NCBI GenBank assembly: GCA_951406725.2
Contig: OX597824.1
Coordinates: forward strand, 40,982,001 to 41,046,000
Reading direction: 5' to 3'
Origin: Octopus vulgaris
Lineage: Eukaryota
Length of the DNA: 64,000 nucleotides
Shown here: positions 23,439 through 37,883 of the stretch, in pieces
Numbering within the stretch: position 1 is the first letter of the stretch
Layout of the letters: every line of letters starts with the position of its first letter
Program-made: the position numbers and the translations under genes
Notes under the pieces: model-generated
Seen by the model: the letters and a program-made list of their open reading frames with translations, nothing else
What the model was told of the DNA's origin: nothing
Database searches by the model: none

Positions 23439-25741
23439 ATAATGATAATAGGAATATATAAATAAATGTAAATAAAAAGTATTTTTACTTTCACTACAAA
23501 GAGCATTTGTAAAATTCTCCAATTAACACACAAGGTCATTTGTGTGTACGAGTGTGCACACATGTACATTTGACTTTCTTTCTCTCATACGCACACACAC
23601 ACACACACAGAGTATTTCTTCTGTGGCAAGTGCTCATTTTCAGAATGATGTGAACCTTTTAAATATTGTAATCCAATATTAGAAACTTGCTCGGAGATGG
23701 GGGTGGAATGGTGGGAGACATATTTTCGTTGTTATCAATTGTCTTTTTTTTATTTTTTTAATTTTTTTTACTATATGTTTATTCCTCTCTATCAAATTTG
23801 TGGCAGGGTGCATGGATCCATGTGTGTGTGTGTGTGTATGCACACATGAACATGTGTATGTTCATACATGTAAACTTGTGCATGGATGCGAGAGTATTGT
23901 TCGAGGTTTATTTACTTCAGTTTATAAATAAATAAATAAAATAAGTTAATATAATGTATATATATAAAGATATAAAAAAAAACCAAGCAAAGAAAGAAAA
24001 CAGCAGTAGTATTGTTGTTGCTGTTAAGATAAAGAAGTTGAGAAATGGTAGGGTGGTGGCGGTGGTGTCAGCATTGTTGTTGTTGCAGTGATTGGAAAGG
24101 AGGGCCTTTTAATGTTCTTATTATAATGTGACTATCTTTGGTTGGGTGTAGGCGGAGTGGGGAGGGCAATGGTAGTCGATGACAGGGGTGGGAGCAGAGT
24201 GTGTGAGGGGGAGGGTGGTACAATTTTTTTTTTGAAAATATGGAGCAAAAGTGGAGCAGTTTTTGTGGGTGAGTGGGTGGATGGAAAGGATGGAGGCAGG
24301 GAAGATTCATAAGGTAAAAGAGGTGAAGTGGTAGGTGATTGTTACTGTGGTGATTTTGGTGGATGGGTGGGTGGTGGGTGAAGATGGGTGTCGTATGTGT
24401 GTGTGAGAGAAAGAGAAAGAAAGAGAAGTGAAAGCTTTAAAGAAAAAAAAATTTTTTCTGTTTAAAAAATTTCTTTTTTTTTGGTATTGAAGTAGGCTGC
24501 AGGATTTGGGTAAGTGAGGTGGGCAGTGCTTGCATGTGGGGCGGCGATAGGACAAGGAAGAATAGCTGCCATCACAACAATCCTTTCTCTTATCATTGAT
24601 TGAAATATAATAAGTTTAAAAGTTTTAGGGGATCATGTAAAAAAAGAAAAAGGAAGAAATTCTTTTCTGATTTTTTAAAATTTTTTGTTTTTTTATGGAT
24701 GTGAGGGAAGGCAAAAATTTGTGCATTGGTTGGTGGTGTGTTTGTAATGTGTATGTGTTTGGTATTGTATTTGTATTTAATGTGTGGTAGTGCATGCTGG
24801 AACGTGTGTGTGTGTGTTATCATTTCATCGTGTGTGTGTGTTATCATTTCATCGTTTGTGTGTGTGTGTATTACTGTTTGTTGATGTATGCATGCCCATC
24901 ATTAGCCTCGGGCCAGCTCTGATTAAGCCAATCCATGATCAAAGGAATTCTCGCTACAATCATCCTATTTTGTATATCAGCAATTTCCTTGTTCAATATA
25001 CTTTTCCTTTGTGAGAGTAGGGAGTGATTTGAGGGATATTTGACTAGTGTTCTTAGCAGATTGAACGACCACATCAAAAGTTCCCCTTGACCATTTGTCC
25101 TTGAGTACCTTTACCATAGATCATGTGTTGCAAGCATTTGGTTCAGGTTTTCAATCATAAGATTAACTCTCAACTGTGGTTTCTTCTTTTCTTTTTTCCA
25201 CCAGTCCCAGAAATCCAGTAAAATGGCATTGGTACTACCCTCCCTCTTCAGAATAAGCTATTAAAAGCTTCCTTTTGACTTGTATGGCTCCTTAGCTCTT
25301 TAGCATTCAGATTATAAATTCAAATGTAATGCTTTTTCATTCACATTGTTTTTAATTAATCTTTCATTATTATGTTGCTTCAAAATTTTGATTATGTGAT
25401 TGTATAATTTTAGAATGGCATTGAAGCTTTCGCATAATCCTTTGTTGTTGTTATTATTATTATTATTATCTGCAGTTTGCCACTCTCTCCCATCTTGACA
25501 TATCTGGAGTTACTGTAGATCAAACCTTATCATAACAGTCAAATACAAAGGTGTCATAGTTCTGTTTGATTAGTGCTGTACTGGGGGTATATGGCAGGTT
25601 ATAACTAACTTGCAAACCTTTGAGGTCCATTTCATAGACCTCTAGAAATGAGTCAAAATGCTCTTATATCTAGGCTGAAATTATTACCAACTAACACTTT
25701 CTCCTCAAAATTGCTGGCTTTGTGCCTAAATTAGAAACCAT

Positions 25742-26114
25742 TACTACCTCTGCTTTAGCGAAGGTGGAGGTATTGTTTTCAGTCATGTTTGTTTGTTTGT
25801 TTGTCCATGGACAAAATATTTCAAGAACCACTGGATGGATTTGGATGAAACTTTCAGGGATGTTTACCCTTGTGACTGGCACGAACTGATTAGATTTGGG
25901 GATCAATCTGTTACTGGTCAAGGATTCTGGATTACTTTTCATGTTTTTTTTACTTAATTTTTGAGAGTGGCCAGGTTCATTTTTAGTACTCTCGTTTGTG
26001 AGAGCAGTCGAGTCTATTTCAGATATTCTCATTTTAGGAATCATCTCTGGCTAATCGTTGTGAGGACGTTGATGTTGCCTTGGCAGAGGTTTGTGCTCTC
26101 CGTGTGTTCTAGTT
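25742..26114 (+). mobile_element. Helentron-associated (DINE-1/HINE-like) non-autonomous element
   Basis: 5' hairpin tacctctgctt-tagcg-aaggtggaggta, then a (GTTT)n microsatellite, a 3' subterminal inverted copy ggcagaggt and terminal ctagtt. Architecture typical of Helentron-derived interspersed elements; the class assignment is inference. Confidence 0.6.
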
Positions 26115-26131
26115 TTGTTATTTTTATTATT

Positions 26132-26358
26132 AAGGCAGTGAGCTGGCAGAATCGTTAGCATGCCGAACAAAATGCTTAGTGGCATTTTGTTCATCCTTAT
26201 GTTCTGAGTTTAAGTTCCACCAAGGTCAACTTTGCCTTTCATCCTTTTGGGGTTGATAAATTAAGTACCAGTGGAGTGTGGAGGTTGATCTAATCGACTA
26301 GTTCCCGCCTCCAAATTTCAGGCCTTGTGCCTATAGTAGAAAGGATTTTTATTATTAT
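26132..26358 (+). mobile_element. SINE family B
   Basis: Same head, core and (ATT)n tail as 822-1052. Confidence 0.8.
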
Positions 26359-27467
26359 GACCATCACTATAATTAAAAGTTGTTAGAATCATTAATATCA
26401 AACGCCACTGTCCTTACAGGGTAGCCTCTGTGGTCATTTGATCCACTAGAAATAGCAGCTAAATCTCACTCAAGTTACAATGGTATCCTATAAAGATAAA
26501 GATATATAGCATAATATAGTTTATTTGCATTATGCCTTAAAATAGAATGGAATAATAATGGCTGGAATACTTATGGAAGGTCAGCAGCAACAGCATTTAT
26601 ACTCACCACACATAGCAAAGATACACATGCCCACATTGCTAGACATATTGACACACAAAGAATAAGCTACCTAAACTTAGATAATGCTACATACCATTAT
26701 TATTTTGAAGAAAAATACAACATGGTAATTAAGGTTATTGGTATTATTTTTAAGTTGTTGGTGGACGTTGATACTTGTTTTCATTTTTGTTTCCTCGGAA
26801 TATTGCAGGATTAATATTGGAAATATTTGAGTAATTATTTCATTCCATGAGCCATGATCTGTTAATCTGCTTGCAGATTTGGCTTCTGGTGAAAACAATG
26901 GTTTCTTTTTTTTGTTCTGTCTCTTCATTAGCATCGAACTCTAATCCTTGGTTTGGCTCACAGGTATTCACAGGAGGTCTTTGCAGAGGGACAGTTATAG
27001 CTAGGATTTTATGAGGGTTTATATGAATAACTGATAGTAGCAGTTGTAGAAGGATTAAATATGACAATGAAAACACTCGCACATAATCCACCCCCCAACT
27101 CCTGCTTTTCTTGAGACCTCTTAATCTTACTTTTGCCTTTCCCTTTCTCAATCAAGTACTCTCTCATACACATGTCTTAGGGAGGATAGTGAGAAAATAC
27201 TGATAATATAATGGACATCAGGTAGGGTAAGAGAAATATACTTAAGCACCAAGCCATGTGGTTTGACCACATACAGTTATTGCTATTATTTTCTATTTCA
27301 TTTTGGCTTTTCTATTGGTTTGCAAGTATTGTCTTCACATATGCACATGTGTGCACTAGCATGTACAAATAGGGCAAAAAGTACACACTACTGTATAGCT
27401 GAGTTAATTTGTTTGGAGCTGATGATTCACTCTGTCATAGCTCTGAGTTGAAAAGAGATGACACACA

Positions 27468-27893
27468 CGTGCTGGTGTGGCTGTGTAGTAAGAAACTTGC
27501 TTCCCAACCACATGGTTCTTGGTTCAGTCTCACTTCATGGTACTTTATGGCAAGTGTCTTCTACTATAACTTCAGGCTGACCAAAGCCTTGTGAGTAGAT
27601 TTTGTAGATGGAAACTGAAAGAAGCCCATCATATATCTATCTATCTATCTGCCTGTGTGTGTATCTGTCTGTGTGTTTGTGTGTCTTTCTGTCTGTCTAT
27701 CCACCCCACACCACTTGAAAACCGGTGTTGGTGTGTTTGCATCCCTGTTACTTAACAGTTTGGCAAAAGAGAACAATAGAATAAGTACCAGGCTTGAAAA
27801 AAGAAATAATGGGGTTTGACTCATTCGACTAAAAATTCAAGGTGGTGGCCCAGCATGCCTGCAGTCCAATGACTGAAACTAGTAAAAGATAAA
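27468..27893 (+). mobile_element. SINE family A
   Basis: Same head, core and tail as 9688-10045. Confidence 0.85.
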
Positions 27894-28193
27894 TGACTCT
27901 CTCTCTCTCTCTCTCTCTCTCAATATGGTGTTTCAGATTTTCCTATCATGCGAGATTATGTCACAGCCTTGAAGTATTTGTTATTGCATGTAAATTTTTC
28001 TCAAGCTCTTTTGTAACTTACACTCTGTTTTGTAACTTACACTATGCTTCTACTGGTGGCTGGAAATGTATAGATGGTCAATGTTTAGTAGAGATGGATT
28101 ATCCTAAGATTCACAAATGAATAACCAATCAGACTTTTGTGTTACATGGATCCAAAGAAGAGATCAGGCAGACAGGTATCCATTGTAATCATG

Positions 28194-28429
28194 TAATTAG
28201 GCAGCGAGCTGGCAGAAACGTTAGCACACCGGGCGAAATGCTTTGTGGTGTTTCGTCCGCCGCTACGTTCTGAGTTCAAATTCCGCCGAGGCCGACTTAG
28301 CCTTTCATCCTTTCGGGGTTGATTAAATAAGTACCAGTTATGCACTGGGGTCGATATAATCGACTTAATCCGTTTGTCTGTCCTTGTTTGTCCTCTCTGT
28401 GTTTAGCCCCTTGTGGGTAGTAAAGAAAT
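28194..28429 (+). mobile_element. Young SINE family B variant with a different 3' tail
   Basis: CpGs intact. Perfect 20-bp TSD AGGTATCCATTGTAATCATG at 28174-28193 and 28430-28449. Confidence 0.92.
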
Positions 28430-30064
28430 AGGTATCCATTGTAATCATGCTGGGGTTGGGGGTTTGTTGTTCTTGTACTTTTTTTTAGCTGTAGGACTTG
28501 TAGTTGCAGGAATTGACTGCTGCAGTTAATTACACTCTGTTGCATGCTTAGTTATTTTAAAAAAATATTTGTGATGGTAATATAACCATGATGATGATGA
28601 TGATGATGTATGTTCACGTCTCTGTGTCCTCCTAAGAGACAATTTTGTTGATGGTGTCTAATTTATTGTGACTTGTGGAAGAAGGAAGAGTTGGAAGCCA
28701 GTTTAGGACTCTGACATAGTCCATGATTATTTCTGTTTATTAATAAATATTCATGATGGTGCTGACCTACAAGCCTACATGAAATTAAAAGGCTACTCAC
28801 CTCATTCATCTTTCTCCCAAGTTATTGAGCCCCTTCCCTAGAATATTAACCCTCCTGGAATTGCCTCCTTGCATATGTTTGTCATGCAGTTATCAACTTG
28901 TGGCTGTTAAGGAACAACAGTAACCATTTGGATCTCACTGGTCCTACTAAGGCCATTGGCATAATTCCTTCCTCAAAATTAAACCCCCCAAAAAAGTGTT
29001 ATACTTTTCTACTTTAGGGCATAATGTTCAGCTGACAAATACTTTGTATATATCCTTTGCATTTTACAAATTAATTTGTTGTGCAAAATAACTGGAGCTA
29101 ATTCACTCACTTCTCCATCACTTCATCTCACTCTACTGTTTTGTTACAAACTTGAATAATATGTAGGAGTTGGATTTCTCTTGAGCAGACATACTGATTC
29201 ATCTAATGAAATAGGTAATGCTGTTCCACAGTGTGATTTAGATGTGGGACTATATTGCACAGTGTGCATCTGTGCAACATATTGACTGATTATGCTCTAT
29301 ATGCAATATGATAGATGGGGTGTGTTGCCTCTATTTCTTCTAAACAGGAAGGATGCATTAAGATGGATGCATTATAAAGCTTTCATAGCATTGCTGTTGT
29401 CAAGAATGGTTCTTTTTTTCTCTCCTGCTGTTTGTAGTTGAGTGTTCTTCGGTGTTTGTATGACTTTTGAGTTAATGGACCTACACCTGGAAAGTCTTGC
29501 TTCAGCTTGTGTTGGTAGAGCATAGTAAGGTGACACTGGGGTGTCTTTGTCAGGTTGCCGGCCTGGACAAAGTGGAACAGGAGGTTAGAAGTTGCCCATC
29601 TGGTGGTTCTCTCTTCTCTACAACATTGATGTTGTCTAAGGAATAGAAGGACAGGGTAAATGCCAAAACAGCTTCTTGCCAGTGTCGGTGCAGTTAATTT
29701 CTTGAATGACACAATATTGGACTGCCTCAATTTACGCCACCACATGACCCGCTTCTTGTTGCAGTGAGGTGTATTGCGTGCCTCATTGATCCTGACAGCT
29801 ATGCCAGTGGAGTGCAAGCTTCTGGTAGGATCGCCAATGCTGAGCAGGTAAAAAAATAGAGGCCTGGTTAATAGGGAGCATGTCTTCCCAAAAGTAAAAA
29901 TGAGCTTGTTTAAGGCCAGTGCCTGTATCTAGAAATGGGAAAAGTTACAGAAGCATCGAAGACAATTCAAAACCGACGAGACCTGGGAGAGGAAGCTTCC
30001 TCAGGGAAATCAGACACAGTGCAGCAAAATCTGAAAGGACAGCAACAGAAGTGCAAGTGGTGAT

Positions 30065-30300
30065 GAATAGATTACATCTTAAGGAAACCAACATCCTACA
30101 TTACATGTCTGGCACTGACCTGGAACCTATAAAGGAAGTTGAAGAATGCTCTAAAAAATAACTGGGGGTGGAATATTGAGACTGAGCTGAAGAATTAGGG
30201 ATCCAACTGAAGAGAAGCAAAATAGACAGCCCAGAGTTGAGAACAGTAGACAAAAGTCGTTGATAGCATATGGTTCATATGGAGCAAAGGGATTAAGTCA
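30065..30300 (+). mobile_element. Decayed RTE LINE 3' fragment
   Basis: Frame-broken peptide ILRKPTSYITCLALTWNL...NIETELK...VVDSIW, typical of RTE C-termini, ending in taagtcaa. Confidence 0.55.
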
Positions 30301-30304
30301 AAGG

Positions 30305-30532
30305 TTAGTTAGTTCTCTCTGTGCCATGAGGTCACAAGACGATCTCTCCACCCAATTCTGTTTTCTGCCACTGTTCTGGTTTCAATTCCTACTCCTCCAC
30401 CCTCATCTCCTTTCCTTGTCAGTGGTCCTTTGCCATGTGGTTTTTAGGGTGCCCTGCTGCTCTTTCCCCTCAAGTTTCCACTTTAGTGTCACTGTACAAT
30501 CACTTTCTCGATGTCTGAGGACGTGTTGGATC
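30305..30532 (-). mobile_element. Decayed RTE LINE 3' fragment (tail-to-tail with the previous one)
   Basis: WIQHVLRHRESDCTVTLKWKLEGKEQQGTLKTTWQRTTDKERR resembles the RTE motif WIGHVLR..ALxWxPEGKRKRGRPKTTWRRT. Short (ctaa)n tail. Confidence 0.7.
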
Positions 30533-30644
30533 CAGAATTTAAAGAGATAGAATAAATAACAAATAACTAATAAATACTTTGTCCAGTGTTTTGTTTTGCC
30601 ATCAACCACTCTACTTGAATGCAACTGCTGCTGCTACTACTAAT

Positions 30645-30680
<36 letters not shown>

Positions 30681-30788
30681 ACAAATCATGCTGTGGTGGT
30701 TGTTTTCTCTGTCATTTTTCTATTTTTTCTTTTTGAAAGTGTTTTCCATATCTATTTCTTTGTCTATCTATATATCTATCTATCTATA

Positions 30789-30833
<45 letters not shown>

Positions 30834-30904
30834 CCTTGAGTATGTGTGTGAATATTATGTATATATGTATGTTTATGTATATATATCTTTCTCTATAATT
30901 GCAG

Positions 30905-31033
30905 TTGACCAACCTACATCTGCAACAACCGCTAACGCAGCAGATACACCAGCCATCAGCTCTTCTAACTCTTCAGCCAAGTTGTCTTCAGCTTCTTTTT
31001 CACCTTCCCAGGTGTCTGCTCGCCAGTCCAGAG
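30905..31033 (+). CDS. RALGAPA1: Probable downstream Ser/Thr/Ala-rich exon of the RALGAPA gene
   Basis: Acceptor ctttctctataattgcag and donor G|GTAGGA at 31034. 129 nt, phase 1-1, in frame with exon 2667-2785: (V)DQPTSATTANAADTPAISSSNSSAKLSSASFSPSQVSARQSR. A GC-richer island between microsatellites. Read-through stops at 31090-31092. No conserved motif recognised. Confidence 0.6.
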
Positions 31034-34000
31034 GTAGGAAGGCCCAATCTGCCCTTTGGCATAAAGGATTAGACAATTTAATCTTTTTTTAAAGCTCACT
31101 TCATGCATAACTTACACAGACAGGTATACCTGTGTGTGAGCATGTACGTATGTATGTATGTATCTATGTATGTATGTGTGTGCGTGTGTGTAAATGATGT
31201 GTGTATTCATGTGTGAATATTCATATATGCATATAGTTATGTATCTATGCGTGTCTATAATATATATACATGTGTATATATATATATGTACATATATATG
31301 TGTAGATATATATATATATATATGTATGTATATGTACATTCATTAATATAATTGTGTATGTATGTGTGTGTATATAATATATACACATACACACATGCAT
31401 ACAAGCATGCATACACATATGTATATATATCAATAAATTTATTGAAAAAAAAAGAAAAAGTTACCTTTTGATCAATCAAAACTATCTCCTTTAATTGTTT
31501 TTATAGTGTCTTTAGCATGTCTCTTTTATTTTATTTCCTAGTGTTCCATTTTATGTATGGGTATATGTATTTGTAAATACACATACACATATATATGTAT
31601 AAGCTTTTACTTTTGTTTAATATTTGTTTATTATTATTATCATCATTATTATTATTATTATTATTATTATTTTATTACTCCTAATATTACCTATTTTGTT
31701 CACAAACCACTTCATTCCATATTCACCTTTACTGTTGAACACATCACATTTACATTCAGCTAATGGCACATTTACAAAGCTGCGATAGTAAAGAAAAAAT
31801 CTGCTTATTGCCATCTGTGCCACCACCCTGCGTCACTTTCCTTCATTCACTTACATGCATGATCTCAGTTGCTCATGCATGCACCCACCTCTTTCGACGC
31901 ATATCCCATCTCTTACACAGAAGCAATGGTCCAATCCATTATGTTCCTATTTTGTTGCAAGTTGATAAGAACAGTAAGAACAATATTATGTCACATAGTT
32001 AAGGCAGTAAGTATCAGCTAATGACTAGTAGGAGTACACAGTTTTAAGTTCATAAATATGAAACATCTCTGCATGTGCAAGTGAGCATGTGTGTGAGTGT
32101 AGATTCTATGGTTGTAAGGACTAGCAGGAGAGCATTAAGTTTGGTCATTTCTTGTGGTGGTGGGGGACAATTCACCAGCAACAAATCCAGCATTATTATC
32201 CAGAAGGAAATTCATCTCTTCTTTGTAATACTGCAGGAACAATATGGTTCATAAACAGGTTCATGTAGTATGGAAAGTAGTACGTTTGGGTGGGTACATG
32301 GCATATTTAATACCTCAGTATTTAATCAAAGAAAAAAAGAAACAAAACAAAAAACACTTATTTCTCTATCCAATTTTTGTGTTTTGATGTATCAGTATTA
32401 TCACTATTCAGATATTAGCAAGTTAAAAATGAAACATTAATTAGTCACTTGGATTACCATGTTAGTTAAAAAATCAGCTTTGTTTAATTACTTCTATGGA
32501 AAGGATCAAAACAGTTAATAATTGTTCTGTATAGCTCTCAGTATCTACTGTGGAGTCTTCTAGTCATTACAGAGCAGGTTTTTCTAATTGTGTAACACTG
32601 TAGCCATAGATTGGTTAATCAAAATTTTCACTGTTGGAAGTTCAGAAGCAGCCAAGAGATGAAACATTAGTTTTCTTTGATGTACTTCAGGAAGTACAAG
32701 TATTGCTGGGCCTTCACTGAGATCACGAGAAGTAGTAAATGGATGCCAAAGACCTTGAAACTGGATCCTTTGATGTCTTCAGGGAGTACACACACTGTTT
32801 AGTCTTCACCAGGATCATGAGAGCTTGTCTGTTATATGGATGCCAAAGAACTTGAAGCAATGGAAACTTTGTACCATACCATTGATGACACACCTGAGAA
32901 TATGTGCACTGTCTCTTATCTGCCTCTGCTTCACAATATTTTTATTTGATCTTCTTGATGTTCCAGGGCTTAGGAATTGTAAACATACTATGGTTACAGA
33001 TTTCCAGCACCTTGTCTTTTAACTTGTCTCAACTTGATTTAATTGAGATACCACTTAGAAAGTTATTGAAAGCATCAAAGACCTCTGATGTGCAAAAATT
33101 TGATTTCTCTATAGTATTTACTAGAATGCCATTTACATGCAGACTGAGATTTTCTGCTTCAGTTTGTAAATTCTGGCTTCAACTTTTCATAGATTTATTT
33201 TATTCTTAAATTTTGTTTTAACCACAACTTTTACAGAATTTTTTAAAGTGAAATTTTCTTTGTATCCTCCTTAAGTTATCTCTTGTTCTCACAATTACTA
33301 CACCTTCTCATTGAAAACCACAACTCTTGACTGAGTTATCACCATCGATCAAACCTACTAGGTGAGGGTTTTCCACAAACTTTGATATTTATCAAGCAGC
33401 TGTAAACAGGGGCACATTGACAGATGAATATAGCAAAAAAGTGTAATGCAGTTTTATTCACATCTCTGGGGACACTTCACTGATTAGGCTAATTAAAAAC
33501 CATTATTAATTTGAAGCCCGTTTGTGGCAAATTTCAAAACTCGGTTGCATAGAGAACTGCTCCATTTCAGTTTGGCTTTGACCGGTCCAGTGGTGTTGGA
33601 ATGGCATGCTGCAACAGTTGTAGTTAACTATAGTATTCAGTCTTTTGTATCTTTAGCAAACAATGCATTTTTGCACATGTATTGCCTCTGTTCTTATTGG
33701 CTACAGCTGTTCTATCAGGCCCACATGAATACACATGTACACAAGCATACAAACCACACATCTCTTACACACCATCCAGCTACATGCACAAATGCATATA
33801 TTATTCCTTCCCCTCTACACATCTCTCATCTACAGAAACAAAGAAATGGAAAATGATGGAAATTTTTTCAAGATTTATTTTTTTTTGTTATTATATTTTA
33901 TTTTACTCTTTTTCTTTCTATTTTTTCCTTAAAAAAAACCAAAAAACAAACCTAACAAAATTCTTTTAATCTCTTATTTCTTTGTGCGTGTGTATTCCCA

Positions 34001-35211
34001 CCCCCTGTAAATACTTATATATATATATATATATTTATTACTGTCTTGTGGTTTCAAGGGCCATGCTATGTGAAAACAAAGAAAGAAAAAAAAAGAGCAA
34101 AAAACAAAATAAAACAAAAGTCAAATAAAAAAGAAACCAAAAAAGACAAAGCTACTTTGTTGGGGTGGGGAGAGGAGACTCATAAGCAACTCTTTCATTC
34201 CAAAGAACAAATGTTGTTACTACTACTACTACTACTACTACTTGTGTTAATGGCTATTATGTTTTCTTATTTGGGAATGCGAATTTTAGGGGGAGGGAGA
34301 AAATGGGAAGTTCTGACATTCGTGCCTTTCCAGCCCTCTTCCATTTCCCTCTTCCTGTCCATTTCTGAGGGCACTAAACACTAATGTGGGGCTAGGGAAC
34401 CGTTCCGATTTTCACTTAACTTAGGACAAGGTGGTGAGTGGAGCAGGGGCAGGTTTAATCGAAGAAGTAAGATAGAGAGAGAGAGGGGGGCTTTTGTTAC
34501 ATGGGTGTGCGCCTGTTGAGGTCTCTTACTCATGTTGGGTTGGTGGGGGTGGGCAGTTGTGGACTTCATTCGACATTAAAACAAAATAAATTAGCACTAT
34601 ACACACATGTACACATACTACAATATGCGCCTCCTACATGATTACGATGATGATAAAATGATTTTTTTTTTGTTTTTTAACTTTGTGGGATGGTGGTGGA
34701 GGAGACAGTAGTAGCGAATTAAATATTTGAAGAGAACCAAATATTGGGAATAAGACTGGTGGGGATAAGAATTTTAAAAAAATAATGAAAAAAAAATGGA
34801 AAAAGACAAAAGAAATATATTAAAAAAAAAAACGAATTTGAAATTTAAAAACAAAACACAATAAAAAACAAGGCCAAATGATTAATAATAATAATAATAA
34901 TTATCATTATATTGATAATATCTATTTAAAAAAAAAAGTTGGAAATAAAATTTAAAAAAAAAAAATGAACATCCAAAGAAAAGACATTTTTCTTTCAATG
35001 ATCCTGAACCTTGCTAAGAGGTTGTCATCATCACATTCGATGATGACAATAACAGTTTGTGTAGTTTGTGGAAGTTTTATCTTTGTTTTAATTATTTTCT
35101 TTTTTTTTTTTAGTTTTGATTGAATAATAATAAAAAAGGAAGAAAAGATGAATAATCAAAAAAAAATTAAAATTAAAACTCCATATGGCTCTCTGTTTTC
35201 TGTATTGCTAT

Positions 35212-35247
<36 letters not shown>

Positions 35248-35436
35248 TGTATATATATATTTATAAACTATTTTTGTTGTGTCTCTCTTGTTTTCATTTT
35301 TTCTTTTTTCCCTTCAGTTTTGATCTTTATCTCCTTATATTCGTGTTTCCATTATACTTTTATCTATGATAAAGGTCGATATAAATTTTGTGTTTTTTTA
35401 AAATATTTCATTGCAATATCAATATTCTTTCTGATC

Positions 35437-35502
<66 letters not shown>

Positions 35503-36213
35503 CATATGTAAATTCATTGCGGAAATGCATCGCAGTAAATACACCGAATGGAATTACATTGCAGTAGATATGGCAACTGGAATTAATATACATTGCAGTA
35601 AATATGATTGGAATTTCACAGCTTAGTAATTTCATTGTAAGGTAACTACCAATACTTTTATTTTTTTATCTTTTACTGTGGCCATGCTGAGGCACCACCT
35701 TGAAGGGTGTAGTTGAATGCATTGCCTCTAGTGCTTGTTTTTTGTTTATAAGCCTGGTACTTATTCTACTCGTCTCTTTTTGCTGAACCATCAAGTCATA
35801 GGATGTAAATAAACCAACACTAGTTGTGAAGCGCTGGTGGTGGACAGACAGACAGACACACACGCGCGCGCGCACACACACACACACACACACATATAAC
35901 GTACAGAGGGGGAGCATATACATATAATTACATATGTGAAGGTGCATGGGTTAGTGCTTAGGCTGTTGCACTCGCAATTACTACATTGTTGGTTTGATTC
36001 CTAAACTGAGCAGCATGTTGTGTTCTTGAGCAAAATACTTCATTTCATGTTGCTCATGTCTCCTTTTGATCATGGAGGAATGTTGGCCTGCTTGCCTAGC
36101 CAGCGGGTTACAATAAGAAAGAGAGTGCATGAAAGCGCAGTGTGATCAGCGGTGTGTAACATCTGATAGCCTGGTTGGCCACATGGCGATATACATACAT
36201 ACATACATACATA

Positions 36214-36289
36214 CAGGGTGTCCATAAAGTCCCTTTACAATATTTAGATAAAAGTTTGGAAGTTGTAAAGATAATTTATGGACACCCTG
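36214..36289. mobile_element. 76-bp Tc1/mariner-type MITE
   Basis: Perfect 15-bp TIRs CAGGGTGTCCATAAA / TTTATGGACACCCTG, preceded by TA. Confidence 0.75.
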
Positions 36290-36687
36290 AATATATATAT
36301 GCACATACACACACACAATGCACCACTTAGGGTTTATATCTACCAAATCTACTCACAAGACTTTGGTTGACCCAGGATTGTAGTAGAAGACAGTTGCCCA
36401 AGGTGGTATACAGCTGGACTGAATCTAGAACCCTGTGGGTGCAAAGCACACTTCTGATCATGCCTAATTTTTGTTTATCTGTAGAATTAATGTTTATCTA
36501 AACATTAATTCTTTTTTTCGTTTTGAAATGTATATGTATAATGTCAATTTGTCCCATTTTATTAATATTAAAAAAGAAAATCAGATATTAAAAAAAAATT
36601 CCAACCTAAAACATTTGGAAAGTTTTAGAATTCTTTGAAGAGAACGCTCAAGACATGAACTAATAATCATAGTTATGTCATCAATGA

Positions 36688-36985
36688 GAGTGCATGGCCT
36701 GGTGGTTAGGGGTGTTGGACTCATGATTGCTAGATTGTGATTTCAATTCCTAGACTGTGTTGTGTGTTATGTTCTTGAGCAAACGACTTCATTTCACATT
36801 GCTCTGTGATCACTTTGACACCTGACGTGTGGTACACAGTGTATCTGTTCAGGCAATGTTGATTTGATGGAGAGAGTGAGCTAATGTGTAGCATGAACAT
36901 TTTCATTGCTATAAACAAATCATTTGTGCAGGTCATTCGGCAAAAAGCTGAACTCTTATATGTTGCCTTCAACAGGAGAGTCCAT
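36688..36985 (+). mobile_element. SINE family C variant
   Basis: tRNA-like head gtgcatggcctggtggttagg...tttcaattcctagac. Body shared with 48958-49125. Confidence 0.75.
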
Positions 36986-37883
36986 CATGTCATCAATGCA
37001 GAAATTAGCTCATTGTCAAAATGAAATACAGAATAGCAAATACTGAACAACTGATTGGAAATCAACTCCCGAAATAATGAATTAATTTAAGAAGCATTGG
37101 TCTATTTTGAATCTTTTTTTCCTTTTTAGAATTTATAATTGTTACTATTTTGTGTGTGTGTGTGTGTGTGTTATATTTTTGAAAGCAGCTTTGGGTTTTT
37201 TTTTTTTTCATGTATTTATTAAGTTAATCTAACAGGGCTTTCCTTTTGTCTTTGAATTTCTATTTCAATGTTAATGAAATGCAGTGTCTTTAATCTGTGA
37301 TTAAAAACTTACAATTAGTAAAGTTTTGTTTAGTCATGGCTATGTGGTTAAGAAGTTTGCTTCACATTACATGATATTTCTGGTTCAGTCACACTGCATT
37401 ACTTGATAGGATGTGAGTAGATTTGGGAAATGGAAACCCTACAGAAGCCCATTATGTATGTGTGTGTCTGTATACATGTATGTATTGGCATGTATCTTTC
37501 TGTTTGTTCCTCTACTGCTTGTCAACTGGTGTTGGTTTGTTTGTGTCTCTGAGAGTAGATGGTTCAGCAAGAAAGAGACTGCTTGAGTAAGTACTAAACT
37601 TAATGAGTTCTGGGTGTGCTGGGGTCAGTTTATTTGATTCAACCATTCAAGGCAGTAGTCTCACATGGCTTACATTACAATGTCTGAATCTGGTATCGGA
37701 ATAAAGAATATTTAATTCGCAGATAAATAATAATGTAAAATGATGTTTTTACTCAGAATAAAAATGGGACAATGAATTCACTAAAGCACTAACAGTGTAT
37801 TGGCTTACAATGTAATTATCTTACGATGAAATTCCAGCTAGTATATTTACTGCAATTTAATTACCCACAATGAATTTACTAGA

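Noticed and set aside
24040-24400. G-rich purine tract with G-quadruplex potential
   Set aside because: Irregular G-runs typical of low-complexity DNA in this genome, with no specific evidence of function.
29383-29817. 144-aa minus-strand ORF in a GC-richer segment
   Set aside because: No recognisable motif or clear splice sites. It lies next to decayed LINE fragments and is probably retroelement debris.
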